IMG/VR virus record: IMGVR_UViG_3300017732_000002
From: an uncultured virus (IMG/VR IMGVR_UViG_3300017732_000002)
Lineage: Duplodnaviria; Heunggongvirae; Uroviricota; Caudoviricetes
Length of the DNA: 64,000 nucleotides
Direction: 5' to 3' (one strand)
The position numbers were made by a program, and so were the translations under genes. The first letter of the stretch is position 1, and each line of letters opens with the position of its first letter. The notes below the pieces were generated by a model that had not been told where the DNA came from, made no database searches, and was given only the letters and a program-made list of their open reading frames with translations. Positions 18,152 to 28,331 of the stretch are shown here, piece by piece.

Positions 18152-18709
18152 TTATTTATTCGCTACCTTTAAGACAGCGTCAAATGCTTTCTTGAACCCT
18201 TTCGAGTCCTTCTGCATCATGTTTAAGTATTTAGACCTGAGTGGCGCTTTGATACTCATTAAAGCATTATATACTTTACTTGCATCACCTGCCTTGACTT
18301 TCGTCTTTTTCATGTCATCTGTTCTCACGTCTGTATCTTTACCTGTATCGTCTATAGACGCAAGTTGTACCATAACATTCGCATCTGCGTGTTTCTGTGT
18401 ACCCTTTGCACCATAGTCTAAGGCGTTGACCGCTCTCATGATAACTTCATCTTCACTTGCTTCGACATATTTTCCACCAGCCATTTTGCTGAGTTTCTCT
18501 AGTCTTGCTCGTAAATCCTTTTCGTTTTTACTCTGTGCAACTGCACGAGCAACTTTCTTGTTCCCTGCGTCAGACATCATACCAAAGTCACCGACCTTTT
18601 CGATTACTTTGTTTACCTTTTTAGCATTGTCTTTTATGTAACCAAGTTTTTTGATTCTCTCTTTAAAAGACTTATACCTTGCGTCTAAGCTTACGTTCTT
18701 ATCTGACAT
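18152..18709 (-). CDS. basic putative head/internal protein
   Basis: LDARYKSFKERIKKLGY, VIE, FGMMSDAGNKKV. Confidence 0.65.
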   Translation of the reverse strand: MSDKNVSLDARYKSFKERIKKLGYIKDNAKKVNKVIEKVGDFGMMSDAGNKKVARAVAQSKNEKDLRARLEKLSKMAGGKYVEASEDEVIMRAVNALDYGAKGTQKHADANVMVQLASIDDTGKDTDVRTDDMKKTKVKAGDASKVYNALMSIKAPLRSKYLNMMQKDSKGFKKAFDAVLKVANK

Positions 18710-20031
18710 TAGAATGCACCATTAATTTCTTTGTGATTCTTGTACATTTTTTTAGACTTTTTCATAAGTTCATCATAGATTCCCTTACGCATTGCCATCA
18801 TGTCAGAACTCATTGAACCATTTGCTTTATGCATTTGTGATAACAACTCTAACATTTTTCCTGCTTTCTTTTCTTTCATTGCAGCTGCGAGTGCAATCAA
18901 TGAACCATTATGGTCATTCCTATCAGTCATTTGTTCAATACGTTTGATAAGTTCAGGTGGTGCCATTTTAGAAGCTTCTTCTATAGTTTCTTCTTTCTTG
19001 TTCTTAAGAGACTTACCTTCTTTATCATATCCAGGCTTTCCTGCTTTCTCTTTCTTGGATATTGCGATAGCAGCTCTTTGAGCGGCTGATACTGCACCTT
19101 CCTCTACTTGTTCCATAGCAGGTAGTTCACCCATTTTAGCAGCCATTCTTTTGAAACCTTTTGGATTCTGTTTCATCATAGATTGAAGGACTTTGGTACT
19201 TGTCATGTTCATAAGATTTGCAATACCGTCAATCTCTTTCTTATCTTTAGTCTTAAAGATTTTACTGATTGATTCACCAGTTCCTACAATCTTTTCTGAG
19301 ATAACTTCTTCTTTGATACCAAGTTTCTTCATCTCTTTTTCAATCTCTTTGTTGATTGCTTTAAGAGCATTTAGTGAAGGATTCGCAACCTTTGACTTGT
19401 TTTGTGCTTTATCGATTGCTTGCATTTCTCTTGCTTTCTTTAAGAGTAAGTCTGAGTATTTTGCATACTTACCTTCGTCTAGGTCTTCTTTCATACCCAT
19501 AACTTTATGTGCAAGTTTAACTAAAATGTTTATGTTTGCTTTTTCCATTTTAGCTTTGTTAGAGTCGTTGACTGAATCATAGGCTTTTACAATAACACTT
19601 GCAGTGAACATGTCTAACATAACTCCACCGACTTTCTGTGCTTGTTTGTCTGATACAATCTTTTGTATTGCAGGCATTAAATTCTTTTCAATTAGATATG
19701 CTTCGTGGATTTGATTTAGTTCTTGGTTTAGTACGAATGATTCGTTTGCAAATTTGAGTGCTTTCATAACGTCTTTGTTTTTAAGCATTGCGTTACCATA
19801 GAACTTTGCAATTTCTTTAGTTGCAACTGAATGTGCACCACTAAGGTCTAAAGCAACTTCTACTGCTTTCTTGACTTTAGCGTCTTTGACTTTGTTCTTT
19901 TTGAAATAATTATTTACTTCCATACCAGTAAGTTTTGACTTACCGTATGGGCCGAGTGCGTCAACTTTTCCGTCTTTATCTAAGACTTTCTTTTCTTTTA
20001 ATTCTTGGAATATATTACCTTGAAAATGCAT
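18709..20031 (-). CDS. Lys-rich multi-module putative internal head protein
   Basis: Modules punctuated by LKE, ANE, LIE, LDE, ISE, VEE, IEE sites; likely start MHFQG at 20031 (track 20100). Confidence 0.65.
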   Translation of the reverse strand: MHFQGNIFQELKEKKVLDKDGKVDALGPYGKSKLTGMEVNNYFKKNKVKDAKVKKAVEVALDLSGAHSVATKEIAKFYGNAMLKNKDVMKALKFANESFVLNQELNQIHEAYLIEKNLMPAIQKIVSDKQAQKVGGVMLDMFTASVIVKAYDSVNDSNKAKMEKANINILVKLAHKVMGMKEDLDEGKYAKYSDLLLKKAREMQAIDKAQNKSKVANPSLNALKAINKEIEKEMKKLGIKEEVISEKIVGTGESISKIFKTKDKKEIDGIANLMNMTSTKVLQSMMKQNPKGFKRMAAKMGELPAMEQVEEGAVSAAQRAAIAISKKEKAGKPGYDKEGKSLKNKKEETIEEASKMAPPELIKRIEQMTDRNDHNGSLIALAAAMKEKKAGKMLELLSQMHKANGSMSSDMMAMRKGIYDELMKKSKKMYKNHKEINGAF

Positions 20032-20032
20032 G

Positions 20033-20356
20033 TTACTCTCCAGCAGACTCTTCCCACATACCTCTGACCACGTCTTCGACTTTAGTTTTTCTAGAGTCAC
20101 CTTCTTTTACTCTACGTCTGTCACCACCAGCGGCAATCCACTCTTGCATTTTACTGATATCTTCGGATTTACCTTTATAATTCTTGTCGATATAATCAAA
20201 GAACTTCTTCTTCTCTTCGTCTGATTTGAAATCAGCAGGTGAATTTACCTTAAATTTCTTAAGTGCCTTTGCGAAGAATTCTTTGTATTCTTCTTCTGCG
20301 GTCATGACTTTCTTAGTTGCTTCAACTAAGTCATTTGATAATTTGTTTATGCTCAT
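20033..20356 (-). CDS. putative head/internal protein
   Basis: YKEFFAKALKKFKVNSPADF..KKKFFDYIDKNYK motif. Confidence 0.65.
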   Translation of the reverse strand: MSINKLSNDLVEATKKVMTAEEEYKEFFAKALKKFKVNSPADFKSDEEKKKFFDYIDKNYKGKSEDISKMQEWIAAGGDRRRVKEGDSRKTKVEDVVRGMWEESAGE

Positions 20357-20646
20357 TGGATTAACTCTCCCTTTTCAAAATAATTAAAAAGCATTGATTT
20401 TTTCTCTTCGTTTAAGTCCAATGATTTAGCTAAACGTCCTAACATGTTCTTTTCAAGAAGTTTATTGTTTACATCGGATTCTTGAGTGTCTTCAATGATT
20501 GGTTCCTCGAAACCTTCTAACAATGCGTCAATTTCTTCCGCAATTATATCGTCCTGTGTCTTTTCTTCAACGACAGGTTCAGCTGCTTCCTTAACGAAAG
20601 AACGAACTTTGGCTAATTCCGATTTCCAATCTTGTATATTACTCAT
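20353..20646 (-). CDS. acidic hypothetical late protein
   Basis: TATAAATA at 20655-20662 upstream. Confidence 0.65.
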   Translation of the reverse strand: MSNIQDWKSELAKVRSFVKEAAEPVVEEKTQDDIIAEEIDALLEGFEEPIIEDTQESDVNNKLLEKNMLGRLAKSLDLNEEKKSMLFNYFEKGELIQ

Positions 20647-20657
20647 ACTACCTTTAT

Positions 20658-20945
20658 TTATATAAACTCAATCTTGAGAACCAACTTTGAATCTATATTC
20701 TCCTTATTTAAAATTTTATATTTCACATTATCAGGTAACATAAACTTAGTGCCTGGCACTAACTTATTACCTGTCCCATATTCTTCGTCACGTTTATACA
20801 GGATTTGCCACCCATTGCCCGCAAGGGCATAAACCATTTCTTTTTTGGTAGTATCTATCCAGTCTGTTGTTGAATCATACGTTCTAATGACGTATTGTTC
20901 ATGAGTTCCGTGTTTACTTAACCAGTCCTCATTGACCATGACCAC
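20658..20945 (-). CDS. hypothetical protein
   Basis: ORF track, GGAG SD. Confidence 0.6.
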   Translation of the reverse strand: MVMVNEDWLSKHGTHEQYVIRTYDSTTDWIDTTKKEMVYALAGNGWQILYKRDEEYGTGNKLVPGTKFMLPDNVKYKILNKENIDSKLVLKIEFI

Positions 20946-20958
20946 TTACTCCATTATG

Positions 20959-21435
20959 TTACTTCTTTGAACCTCTGACTTTGTCCGCTAAATCTGAGTC
21001 TGCTTTACCCCAAGTACCTTTACCCTTGGTAATAAAACTATTGACTCTTGCCATTGCCCATTGTGGAGCAGTAGCGCCTGGTCTGTGACCAGTTTTATAA
21101 GCGGCAAGTCCCCTGTTGTATACTTGTTTTAGAATACCTAGAGATATTCCTGACTTTTCTGCTTTGTTTTTAAGTCCTTCTTCGTTCTCAAATACTTCTT
21201 GATTTTCTTTGATTTCTTTGACTTCAAATGCTTCGTTGTGAGGATAACCCTGTAAAGGATTACCAAATACCTGTGAGAAATGTTTCTTAGTTCTATCTTT
21301 CTCTTCGTGGAATGCTTTCTCTTGTTCCTTTATGTAATTCTCTACGTCTTGGCCAGGCGTATCATGTTGGTAAGTCAGACGTATATCGTCTGTCCCAATT
21401 TCATGAACTCCGTTATCTGTTTTATTACCTATCAT
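20959..21435 (-). CDS. putative internal head protein (DUF5824-like)
   Basis: LKNKAEKSGISLGILKQVYNRGLAAYKTGHRPGATAPQWAMARVNSF. Confidence 0.7.
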   Translation of the reverse strand: MIGNKTDNGVHEIGTDDIRLTYQHDTPGQDVENYIKEQEKAFHEEKDRTKKHFSQVFGNPLQGYPHNEAFEVKEIKENQEVFENEEGLKNKAEKSGISLGILKQVYNRGLAAYKTGHRPGATAPQWAMARVNSFITKGKGTWGKADSDLADKVRGSKK

Positions 21436-21444
21436 ATCTTTCCC

Positions 21445-21486
21445 CTAACAACATGTACAATTACAACATTTACAACATGTGCACAT
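21445..21486 (-). CDS. cysteine-rich micropeptide MCTCCKCCNCTCC
   Basis: AAGGA SD 7 nt upstream; 8 of 13 residues Cys; fills gap between two genes. Confidence 0.55.
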   Translation of the reverse strand: MCTCCKCCNCTCC

Positions 21487-21496
21487 ATATTTATCC

Positions 21497-22294
21497 TTAG
21501 TTCTTTCCGAACATTTTATCAAACTTTTTAGTATGAACTGATTTTTTAGTCTTTGTAGGTTCGCCATCTTCGTCTTCATCGCCAGGCGCAGGCCCAGTTA
21601 GTCCTTTCTTGAAGTGTGCGTCCCTTTTTTCTTTGGTTTTTTTATCTAAACCTTTGTAATACTTTTTAGGTTGAGTACCTTCTTTATCTTTTACGTCTTT
21701 ATCCTGTTCTTCTTTGTCTTCCTGTGCTCTTTGAATTTGGTCTTGGGTTGGAGCTCCTTTTTCACCCTTCTTTCTCATCTTTTCACCACGAGCTCTTTTC
21801 TTTCTGATATTGTCCCAAAGTCCTTCTTCTAATTCATCACCTTGTTTTAAGAACAATCTGTTTTTCCCTTGTTTCTTATCAGATACTACAATTCCTACCA
21901 TTTTTGCTATAGAACTAATAAATGTTATTCCGTCTTTTGCATCTTTCTTATATCTTTTACCCATTTCAGATTTAAGTTTTTTAACAATAATATCAAGTAC
22001 ATTGTCTACACTACTAACTAACTTACCTTCGTCAACAGCGTCTTGTAAATATTTTGAATCTTCGATATCAGGTAAAGTATCTTCTTGTTGTGATTCTCTT
22101 TCAGCTTCTGCTTCGTCTTTTTTTGATTGTCTTTCCGACTCTCTTTCGTGTTTCAGTTTTAAATTTTCAACTTCGTCTTCGTGTCTTCGTTTTAAATCTT
22201 CAACTTCACGTGCTTGGTCTGCTTTAAGAGAGGCTGCTTCTTCGGGGCCTTCTACTAACCATTCAGATTGTTTGTAAGTTTTTGTTACTCTCAT
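21497..22294 (-). CDS. charged multi-module putative internal head protein
   Basis: TCTAAATA-N5-ATG; LVE/VDE/LEE sites; GLWDNIRKKR, QPKKYYKGL, KTKKSVHTKKF modules. Confidence 0.7.
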   Translation of the reverse strand: MRVTKTYKQSEWLVEGPEEAASLKADQAREVEDLKRRHEDEVENLKLKHERESERQSKKDEAEAERESQQEDTLPDIEDSKYLQDAVDEGKLVSSVDNVLDIIVKKLKSEMGKRYKKDAKDGITFISSIAKMVGIVVSDKKQGKNRLFLKQGDELEEGLWDNIRKKRARGEKMRKKGEKGAPTQDQIQRAQEDKEEQDKDVKDKEGTQPKKYYKGLDKKTKEKRDAHFKKGLTGPAPGDEDEDGEPTKTKKSVHTKKFDKMFGKN

Positions 22295-22298
22295 ATGT

Positions 22299-23585
22299 TT
22301 ATTTAGACTTCTTTTTAAGAAGTTCTTGTTCTCTCCATGCCATTGCCATTTTGTTACTAGGGAACTTACTTGTCCATGTCAGTAGTTTACTATACAACTG
22401 GTCTGCTTTCTTTTCTAATGATTTAACATCATCATTATTTGTTATCTCTACAAAATCTTTCTTGAACATTGCTCTAAATTTACTTGCATTTTTTTGTGAG
22501 GCGTCCCAATCACCCTTTACTATTTCAGGTGGTAGTTTTCTTGCTCTCATATCGTTTCTTGCTTGTGCGTTATCTAAAGAAGTATTTACGAATACCATTT
22601 TATAATCGTATCCTAGTTTGTCTAACATCTTTTTATAGTTTGCAATCTTGCTTGACTTAGCAGCTGTGGTATCAAATATAAGTCCTAGTCTTCCTTCAAT
22701 ATAATTATCTAGATTCATACCTGTAATCTTCTTTGCTTTCGCACGTACAGGGTCAACTTTAGAGAAGTCTGCACCTCTTAAGTCAAGTCCCAAACCTGCT
22801 TTCTTTAGTCCCACTTCAAATGCTTTGTCCGTGTTTACAAGTTTTAAACCTAGTGGTTTTAGTGCAAGTCTATCTACAACTGTGGATTTACCACTGCCTG
22901 GCCCACCCATAAGAAATACTGCTTTGAATATTCCTTGGTCATAAACACCTTCCATAATCAAATCTTCTCTGATATACCAAGGTATAGTTTCTTCTTTGAT
23001 ACCCATACCAGTTCTAACGTCTTTATATAATGACTGTGCCAATCTTTTGTTTTTACTTGGAACACCTTCTTGGAATGCGTCAAAGTCTCCTTCACCAGCA
23101 AGTGCTCTCATTTTACTTGCACTCATTCCTGATACGTCATCTGCGTCAGGGTCACGTTCACCAGCAGATATAATGTCGATTGAATTGAATTTGTAGAAAC
23201 CGTGTCTTCCTTTTTTTCCGTTATACTTCTTAACAAGCATATCAAACTCTTTGACTCTATCTGAACCTACAACCATACGTACATTCGTATATCCTTTGTT
23301 GTGTAGGTCTACTACAATTTCAAAGATAGTTCGTGCAGGTGTATTGATAACACCAATCTTAGGAAAGAACTTCTTGAGGTATGTAATTTTTTGTTTGTAA
23401 CTAAGAGGATTCTTTTTAGGGTCACTTGAATGTGAAGTGTAAATTAAAGGCACATAACCACCTTTGGAAGATTGTTCCAACTTCTTGACTAGTTTTGCGT
23501 GACCAGTGGTGGGTGGATTGAATCTACCAAATGTAAATGTAGCACCCTTTTCTTTTGCCTCGTTAAATGACCTAAAAGATTTCAC
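22299..23585 (-). CDS. HIGH-superfamily nucleotidyltransferase fused to P-loop kinase (zeta/PNK-like)
   Basis: FGRFNPPTTGH, VGSDRV, SAGERDPD, MSASKMR; then GGPGSGKS, VNTD, IFDTT, ARNDMRAR. Confidence 0.85.
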   Translation of the reverse strand: MKSFRSFNEAKEKGATFTFGRFNPPTTGHAKLVKKLEQSSKGGYVPLIYTSHSSDPKKNPLSYKQKITYLKKFFPKIGVINTPARTIFEIVVDLHNKGYTNVRMVVGSDRVKEFDMLVKKYNGKKGRHGFYKFNSIDIISAGERDPDADDVSGMSASKMRALAGEGDFDAFQEGVPSKNKRLAQSLYKDVRTGMGIKEETIPWYIREDLIMEGVYDQGIFKAVFLMGGPGSGKSTVVDRLALKPLGLKLVNTDKAFEVGLKKAGLGLDLRGADFSKVDPVRAKAKKITGMNLDNYIEGRLGLIFDTTAAKSSKIANYKKMLDKLGYDYKMVFVNTSLDNAQARNDMRARKLPPEIVKGDWDASQKNASKFRAMFKKDFVEITNNDDVKSLEKKADQLYSKLLTWTSKFPSNKMAMAWREQELLKKKSK

Positions 23586-24418
23586 TTCATTGTCTCCCTT
23601 TCTTTATCCACCAAGTCATTCATGATTTCCATGTTTTGGTCACCAGTCTTAGAGGTGTCATACTCATATCCCTTTTCAGGGTCACCAATTACCCAATCAT
23701 CCTCTTTAAATTTGATATCAGTTTGTGCTGGATATTTTGGTAATGCAAACTCTTCATTCACACCCCCAAGTTTCTTTTTGATTTTTGCTTTCTCTTTTGC
23801 GATTACGTCTTTACGTATCTTCATAGCAATCTTCTTGATTGCTTTTTGTTTCTTCGCCATTTGTTTTTCAAGGGCTGCTTTTGCACCAACACCTAAATCT
23901 TTCTTGGATTTACCTTTAAGAATTTTCTTTTCTATTGCTTTACGTGCCTGTAATTCTGCTTTCTTTTCTATCTGACCTTTCTGTAGTTGTGGTTTCTTAG
24001 CAGCTTTCTTTCTTGCTCTTAGTATCTTTGCTTTGTTCTTCTTGAATGCCTGTTTCATTTTCAGTCTAGTTTTCATTGATACTACTTCACCTAAGAAATA
24101 TTCAAAGTCATATTTGACATCGTCATCTACTGGTGCGTTTGCTCTCCATTGCCAACAAGACCAATAGTTTGCTTTCCATTTTGGGCCTGGGTCTGTATCA
24201 CAGTTCATTCTAGCACGATATGCTTTTAATCTCTTGGGGTCGTCACGTTTGATTTCCATATTAGGGTCACCAAACTCAACCTTAACGACATTATCTTTAT
24301 CGTTCTTAACGTAGACCTTGAACTTCTTTTTACTACCACTAGGGTTTCTGATAGGGTCATTCAGTTTGACCTTCTTACCTTGGTATTCTGCGTCTTCTAT
24401 TATTAAATCGTCATACAT
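23582..24418 (-). CDS. putative internal head protein (DUF6321-like)
   Basis: AEYQGKKVKLNDP, FGDPNMEIKRDDP..RARMNCD..KWKANYWSC; likely start MYDDL at 24418 (GATAAATA-N5-ATG). Confidence 0.7.
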   Translation of the reverse strand: MYDDLIIEDAEYQGKKVKLNDPIRNPSGSKKKFKVYVKNDKDNVVKVEFGDPNMEIKRDDPKRLKAYRARMNCDTDPGPKWKANYWSCWQWRANAPVDDDVKYDFEYFLGEVVSMKTRLKMKQAFKKNKAKILRARKKAAKKPQLQKGQIEKKAELQARKAIEKKILKGKSKKDLGVGAKAALEKQMAKKQKAIKKIAMKIRKDVIAKEKAKIKKKLGGVNEEFALPKYPAQTDIKFKEDDWVIGDPEKGYEYDTSKTGDQNMEIMNDLVDKERETMK

Positions 24419-24422
24419 ACTT

Positions 24423-25628
24423 CTATTTATCCCAATTCTTTTGTGCAGTGAAGTTATTATAGGCAAATTCCATACGGTCTACCAGTTTAACAGCACCACC
24501 TTCTTTATCGATTGCTACGTAACCTTCGGGATTTACTACTTCAAATCCCTTGTTTGTTTTCTTGAATGTTCCTATACCCTTAACTCTGTTAAGACAATTG
24601 ATAATTAACATTTTACCTTCTACCAAATATGATTGGAAAGCAGTAAGATTATCAATCATTTTTCTTAATCCATTTAATTCTTTAATTAAATCTTGTCCAA
24701 TCTCTCTTTTGATATTCTTAGTCTTTTCTTGTTTTACTTTTGCAACTATTTTTTCTTCCCAATATTTACCAACATAGTTTATGTAGTCTTGAGAGTTTGG
24801 TTTGAATTTACCACCTGTACGTATAAGTGAGTTAGCATATGTTTTATATGTTGCCCCCGAAGCACCTTTTGATTCCATAGTTGCCATAACTTTTTGGAAC
24901 TTAGTTAAATCATTTTTCTTGATTCCATGGAATGCTTTACCTGTTGCGGTTAGTATCTTAGATAAATGCATTGCTTCTTTAGCAGTCATTGAACCTGTAC
25001 CACTAACGTCTTTATATGTTGCGTCATCTATCCAAACGTCACCTTGTTTTAGTCCACTTATATTTGCACCAAATTTAGCACCTAATCCTTCTATGGTAGA
25101 ACCACTGTATGTGGTATGAAATACGATACCCATTTTTGATTTCTTAATCCTTTTACCTAAGTCTGAATCTTCTTTGACTGCGTATAGAATTGTATTAGGT
25201 TGGAATGTAATGTACTTACCGTCATCAAATTTAGTAGAACCTTTATCATTAGTATACATTAAATCACCTTGTAGGATTTCTTTCATGCCTACTTTTGAAA
25301 GATATCTAAATGAAGTAAGGAATTTTTCTTCTAGGTCACCTGTAAGTTCAGGTGCGTCTTTGATTTCTTGTTCTGATTTATAGTGTAATTGTTTTTGGGT
25401 GAATAAAGATTTCTTTGCAACAAAGAACTCACCTGATTCGGGGTGAGGCCCTGCCCATATAGCAGGTGCACCGTCCCATTTGACAGTCATGTTAACACGT
25501 GAACTACTATTACCCTTGAGCATTTTGCGTAGTTCCATAAGGAAATAGATAGCAGAACGTCCACCATCAATACCATTATTGATAATCTCGTCTTCTAAAT
25601 GTTCTAAATGTAAATTTTTAACTGCCAT
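24423..25628 (-). CDS. DUF6267-like protein with covalent nucleotidyltransferase (ligase-like) motifs
   Basis: HLEHLED, TVKWDGAPA (KxDG), LQGDLM, PEGYVA, VKLVDRMEF. Confidence 0.75.
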   Translation of the reverse strand: MAVKNLHLEHLEDEIINNGIDGGRSAIYFLMELRKMLKGNSSSRVNMTVKWDGAPAIWAGPHPESGEFFVAKKSLFTQKQLHYKSEQEIKDAPELTGDLEEKFLTSFRYLSKVGMKEILQGDLMYTNDKGSTKFDDGKYITFQPNTILYAVKEDSDLGKRIKKSKMGIVFHTTYSGSTIEGLGAKFGANISGLKQGDVWIDDATYKDVSGTGSMTAKEAMHLSKILTATGKAFHGIKKNDLTKFQKVMATMESKGASGATYKTYANSLIRTGGKFKPNSQDYINYVGKYWEEKIVAKVKQEKTKNIKREIGQDLIKELNGLRKMIDNLTAFQSYLVEGKMLIINCLNRVKGIGTFKKTNKGFEVVNPEGYVAIDKEGGAVKLVDRMEFAYNNFTAQKNWDK

Positions 25629-25667
25629 AATAGTAGGCTACCACCTTTTGAAGTGTTTGTCTACTAT

Positions 25668-25844
25668 TTATGATTTCTGTAATGGTGTCGAACTAAGGTG
25701 TTTGTCAATAGAAGATATGGCACCATTGAGGCGTTGCACCTCATTAGAGTCTTTTTGTTTTCTTGCAAGTCTTAATTCCTTTTTCAAACTAACTTTCTGT
25801 TGTAGTAAGTCTAGAACTTCTTGCGATTTCAAATTCTTTGCCAT
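25668..25844 (-). CDS. small helical hypothetical protein (58 aa)
   Basis: Hand-found ORF MAKNLKSQEVLDLLQQK...; CCTAAATA at 25866-25873. Confidence 0.6.
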   Translation of the reverse strand: MAKNLKSQEVLDLLQQKVSLKKELRLARKQKDSNEVQRLNGAISSIDKHLSSTPLQKS

Positions 25845-25878
25845 AATAATACCATACTGTCTTACTATTTAGGTATTT

Positions 25879-27267
25879 TTATATTTTAAAGTCCTTGAAT
25901 TTCTCATTTCTGTCCATTACAGGCGTGTCGTCTTCCTGTGCAATTGCACTATCAACGAGTTCTTCCTGTGCTTCTTGTTCACAGTCATAGAATTTCATAC
26001 GACTTCTATCAACACCCAAAACAAATCTTTTGAATACTGTAGGGTCGTTGTATCTGTTTTTCAATTGTTTGACCACCATTTGGTCTAACTCTTCTAGTTC
26101 CTCAGACGTAATCAAAGCAAACATAAAGTCTGCTGTTGCAGGTAATCCAAATGATTCTGAGGTATCTTCTAAACCAATATCGGTAGAACCAAAACCACTT
26201 CTTGTAGTTTGTGTTGCACTCATAATGGGCACGTCATATTCAACCGCAAGACCACGCATTTCTTCAGCAATACTCTTGACCAATGTGTAAGAGTTTGCAC
26301 CAGCGCCAGGTCTGATACGTAATGACCCACATATGTTTAGATAATCGATATAGATTATATCGGGTTTAAAATCTTTCTTGAGTTCTAGTTCTTGTAGTAA
26401 GTGTCTAAAGTGTCCAACATGAGCAGCTGCTGTAGGATATTCTTTAATGAATACTCTACCTTTTGTTTTGTCTTTTAGTTTTTCAATCTTCTTACCATAC
26501 ATTGACTTAGACATATCAGGCAGTTCTTTGATTGGTACATTCATAATGTTTGAATCGATTCTTTCTGCGATTCTTTCTTCTGCCATTTCCATGGTAATGT
26601 ACAATACATTCTTACCCATAAGTAAGTGAGCAGAAGCACAGTGACACATGAATAGTGATTTACCAACACCTGTTCCTGCGAGACAAATGTTCAAAGTTTT
26701 GTTTGGTAATCCACCCTTAGTCACTTTGTTGAAGTATTCCAAATCAAATGGTATCTTCTCTTCTTCTGTAGTATAAAACTCAAATCTTTTCTCCGAGTCT
26801 TCTAATACATTATGACCTACGTTTGCGTCAAATGTAACTGATAAGGCGTCTTTCAATAATTCAGGAATCTCACCTGTAGACCTTTGAGACTTTTTGTCTA
26901 CGACTTCAATACTGTCCATAAGTGCAAGATAGATTGCTCTGTCTTGGCACCACTTCTCAGTTTCTTCCGTCAACCATTCTACAGGAGTATCTTCCTCAAA
27001 AGAACCGAACCCCGCTACAACTGATTTTGCTGAACCTAGAATGTTATCAGATAACTCTTCATTACTATCTAGATTTATGAGAAGTGCCTCAGTTGTAGGG
27101 GGCTGGTTGAACTTTAAAAAGTAATCAGATATCTCTGAGAAGACAGTCCTTTCGTCCATCTCAGTGAAATACGAACCCTTAATGTAGGGTAATACTTTTC
27201 TACTAAATGTTTCGTTAAGAACTAGATTCTTGAGAATCGTCTGTTCCAGTCTCGCTTGATTTTCCAT
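25879..27267 (-). CDS. gp41: replicative DNA helicase (T4 gp41-like)
   Basis: [49 protein letters not shown]; track start 27282. Confidence 0.96.
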   Translation of the reverse strand: MENQARLEQTILKNLVLNETFSRKVLPYIKGSYFTEMDERTVFSEISDYFLKFNQPPTTEALLINLDSNEELSDNILGSAKSVVAGFGSFEEDTPVEWLTEETEKWCQDRAIYLALMDSIEVVDKKSQRSTGEIPELLKDALSVTFDANVGHNVLEDSEKRFEFYTTEEEKIPFDLEYFNKVTKGGLPNKTLNICLAGTGVGKSLFMCHCASAHLLMGKNVLYITMEMAEERIAERIDSNIMNVPIKELPDMSKSMYGKKIEKLKDKTKGRVFIKEYPTAAAHVGHFRHLLQELELKKDFKPDIIYIDYLNICGSLRIRPGAGANSYTLVKSIAEEMRGLAVEYDVPIMSATQTTRSGFGSTDIGLEDTSESFGLPATADFMFALITSEELEELDQMVVKQLKNRYNDPTVFKRFVLGVDRSRMKFYDCEQEAQEELVDSAIAQEDDTPVMDRNEKFKDFKI

Positions 27268-28270
27268 ACTTAAAATACTCATTAACTACTTCTTCTAATT
27301 TATCCATAACGTCTTCTGTAAAATACTTTTCAGGATTGTTATTGATTGTCTTACCGTATTCTGTTTTACCTGTTGGTAAAAGAACTCTCGTTCCTTGTTT
27401 TTTGAATACGTCAAAGGCAAGTGCAAGGTCAAGTAACCCATAGTATCTATCAAGACCTTTATCATATGTAAGTCTGACATCTACCATTCTGTTTTCCACA
27501 GTCAATCTTGATTTAGCATTCTTACAATGAATGATATTACCAATGATTTCTGTACCGTCCTTCTCTTTCCTTTTTGACAAGAATATAATTGAAGAGGCCG
27601 CATACTTAAGACCTGAACCACCACCCATTTCTTTTTGTGGGAACATGGAACCTATAACGTCATAAGTGTGATTGGTTACAATCATTGGCACTTTTGCACG
27701 TCCAAGTTTAAGAGTTAGAACTCTGAATGCACCCTTAGTAATTTGTGCTCGAGTCATATCTCTTGTCTCTTTTCCTTCTGCAGTATCTTCAATCTCTTTA
27801 GTAGTTGATAGCATACCAAGAGAATCAAGTACAAACATCATAGGTGGACGTTCTGACTCTTCTGTCTCAAGATACTTATCAAGTATATTCAGCGATTGGT
27901 TTCTGAATTCTTGAACCGTCACTACAGGCACGATAACTATACGATTGGAATCGATTCCTCTTTCCTCAATCATATCTTTCGTTAGTGCAGATTCTGATTC
28001 AAAGTAAATCACAGCAGCTTCAGGGTGGTCTTCCAAGAATTGTTTGACCATACCCAATGCAAAGAAAGTCTTACCAGTGGCAGACTCACCTGCAAGTGCA
28101 GTGATTTTGTTTTTAGGTAATCCACCTTTTAGTGAACCACTCAATAAGGCGTTGAAGATATAAGAACCCGTATCAATAAACGAGTCAACGTCTCCAGCAG
28201 CCACGCCATCGGAAACAACACTAGCGTATTCGTTCCCAGTGGACTTTACTAAGTCTTTAATAAATGACAT
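27215..28270 (-). CDS. uvsX: RecA-like recombinase UvsX
   Basis: [40 protein letters not shown]. Confidence 0.96.
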   Translation of the reverse strand: MSFIKDLVKSTGNEYASVVSDGVAAGDVDSFIDTGSYIFNALLSGSLKGGLPKNKITALAGESATGKTFFALGMVKQFLEDHPEAAVIYFESESALTKDMIEERGIDSNRIVIVPVVTVQEFRNQSLNILDKYLETEESERPPMMFVLDSLGMLSTTKEIEDTAEGKETRDMTRAQITKGAFRVLTLKLGRAKVPMIVTNHTYDVIGSMFPQKEMGGGSGLKYAASSIIFLSKRKEKDGTEIIGNIIHCKNAKSRLTVENRMVDVRLTYDKGLDRYYGLLDLALAFDVFKKQGTRVLLPTGKTEYGKTINNNPEKYFTEDVMDKLEEVVNEYFKYGKSSETGTDDSQESSS

Positions 28271-28294
28271 AACACTTCTCCATAATGTATACCT

Positions 28295-28331
28295 ATTATA
28301 CTATGTATAATAAATTTCTGTAAGGGGTTTT
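28295..28331 (-). promoter_or_regulatory. class M promoter for uvsX-gp41
   Basis: AAAACCC-CTTACA-N18-TATAAT. Confidence 0.7.
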
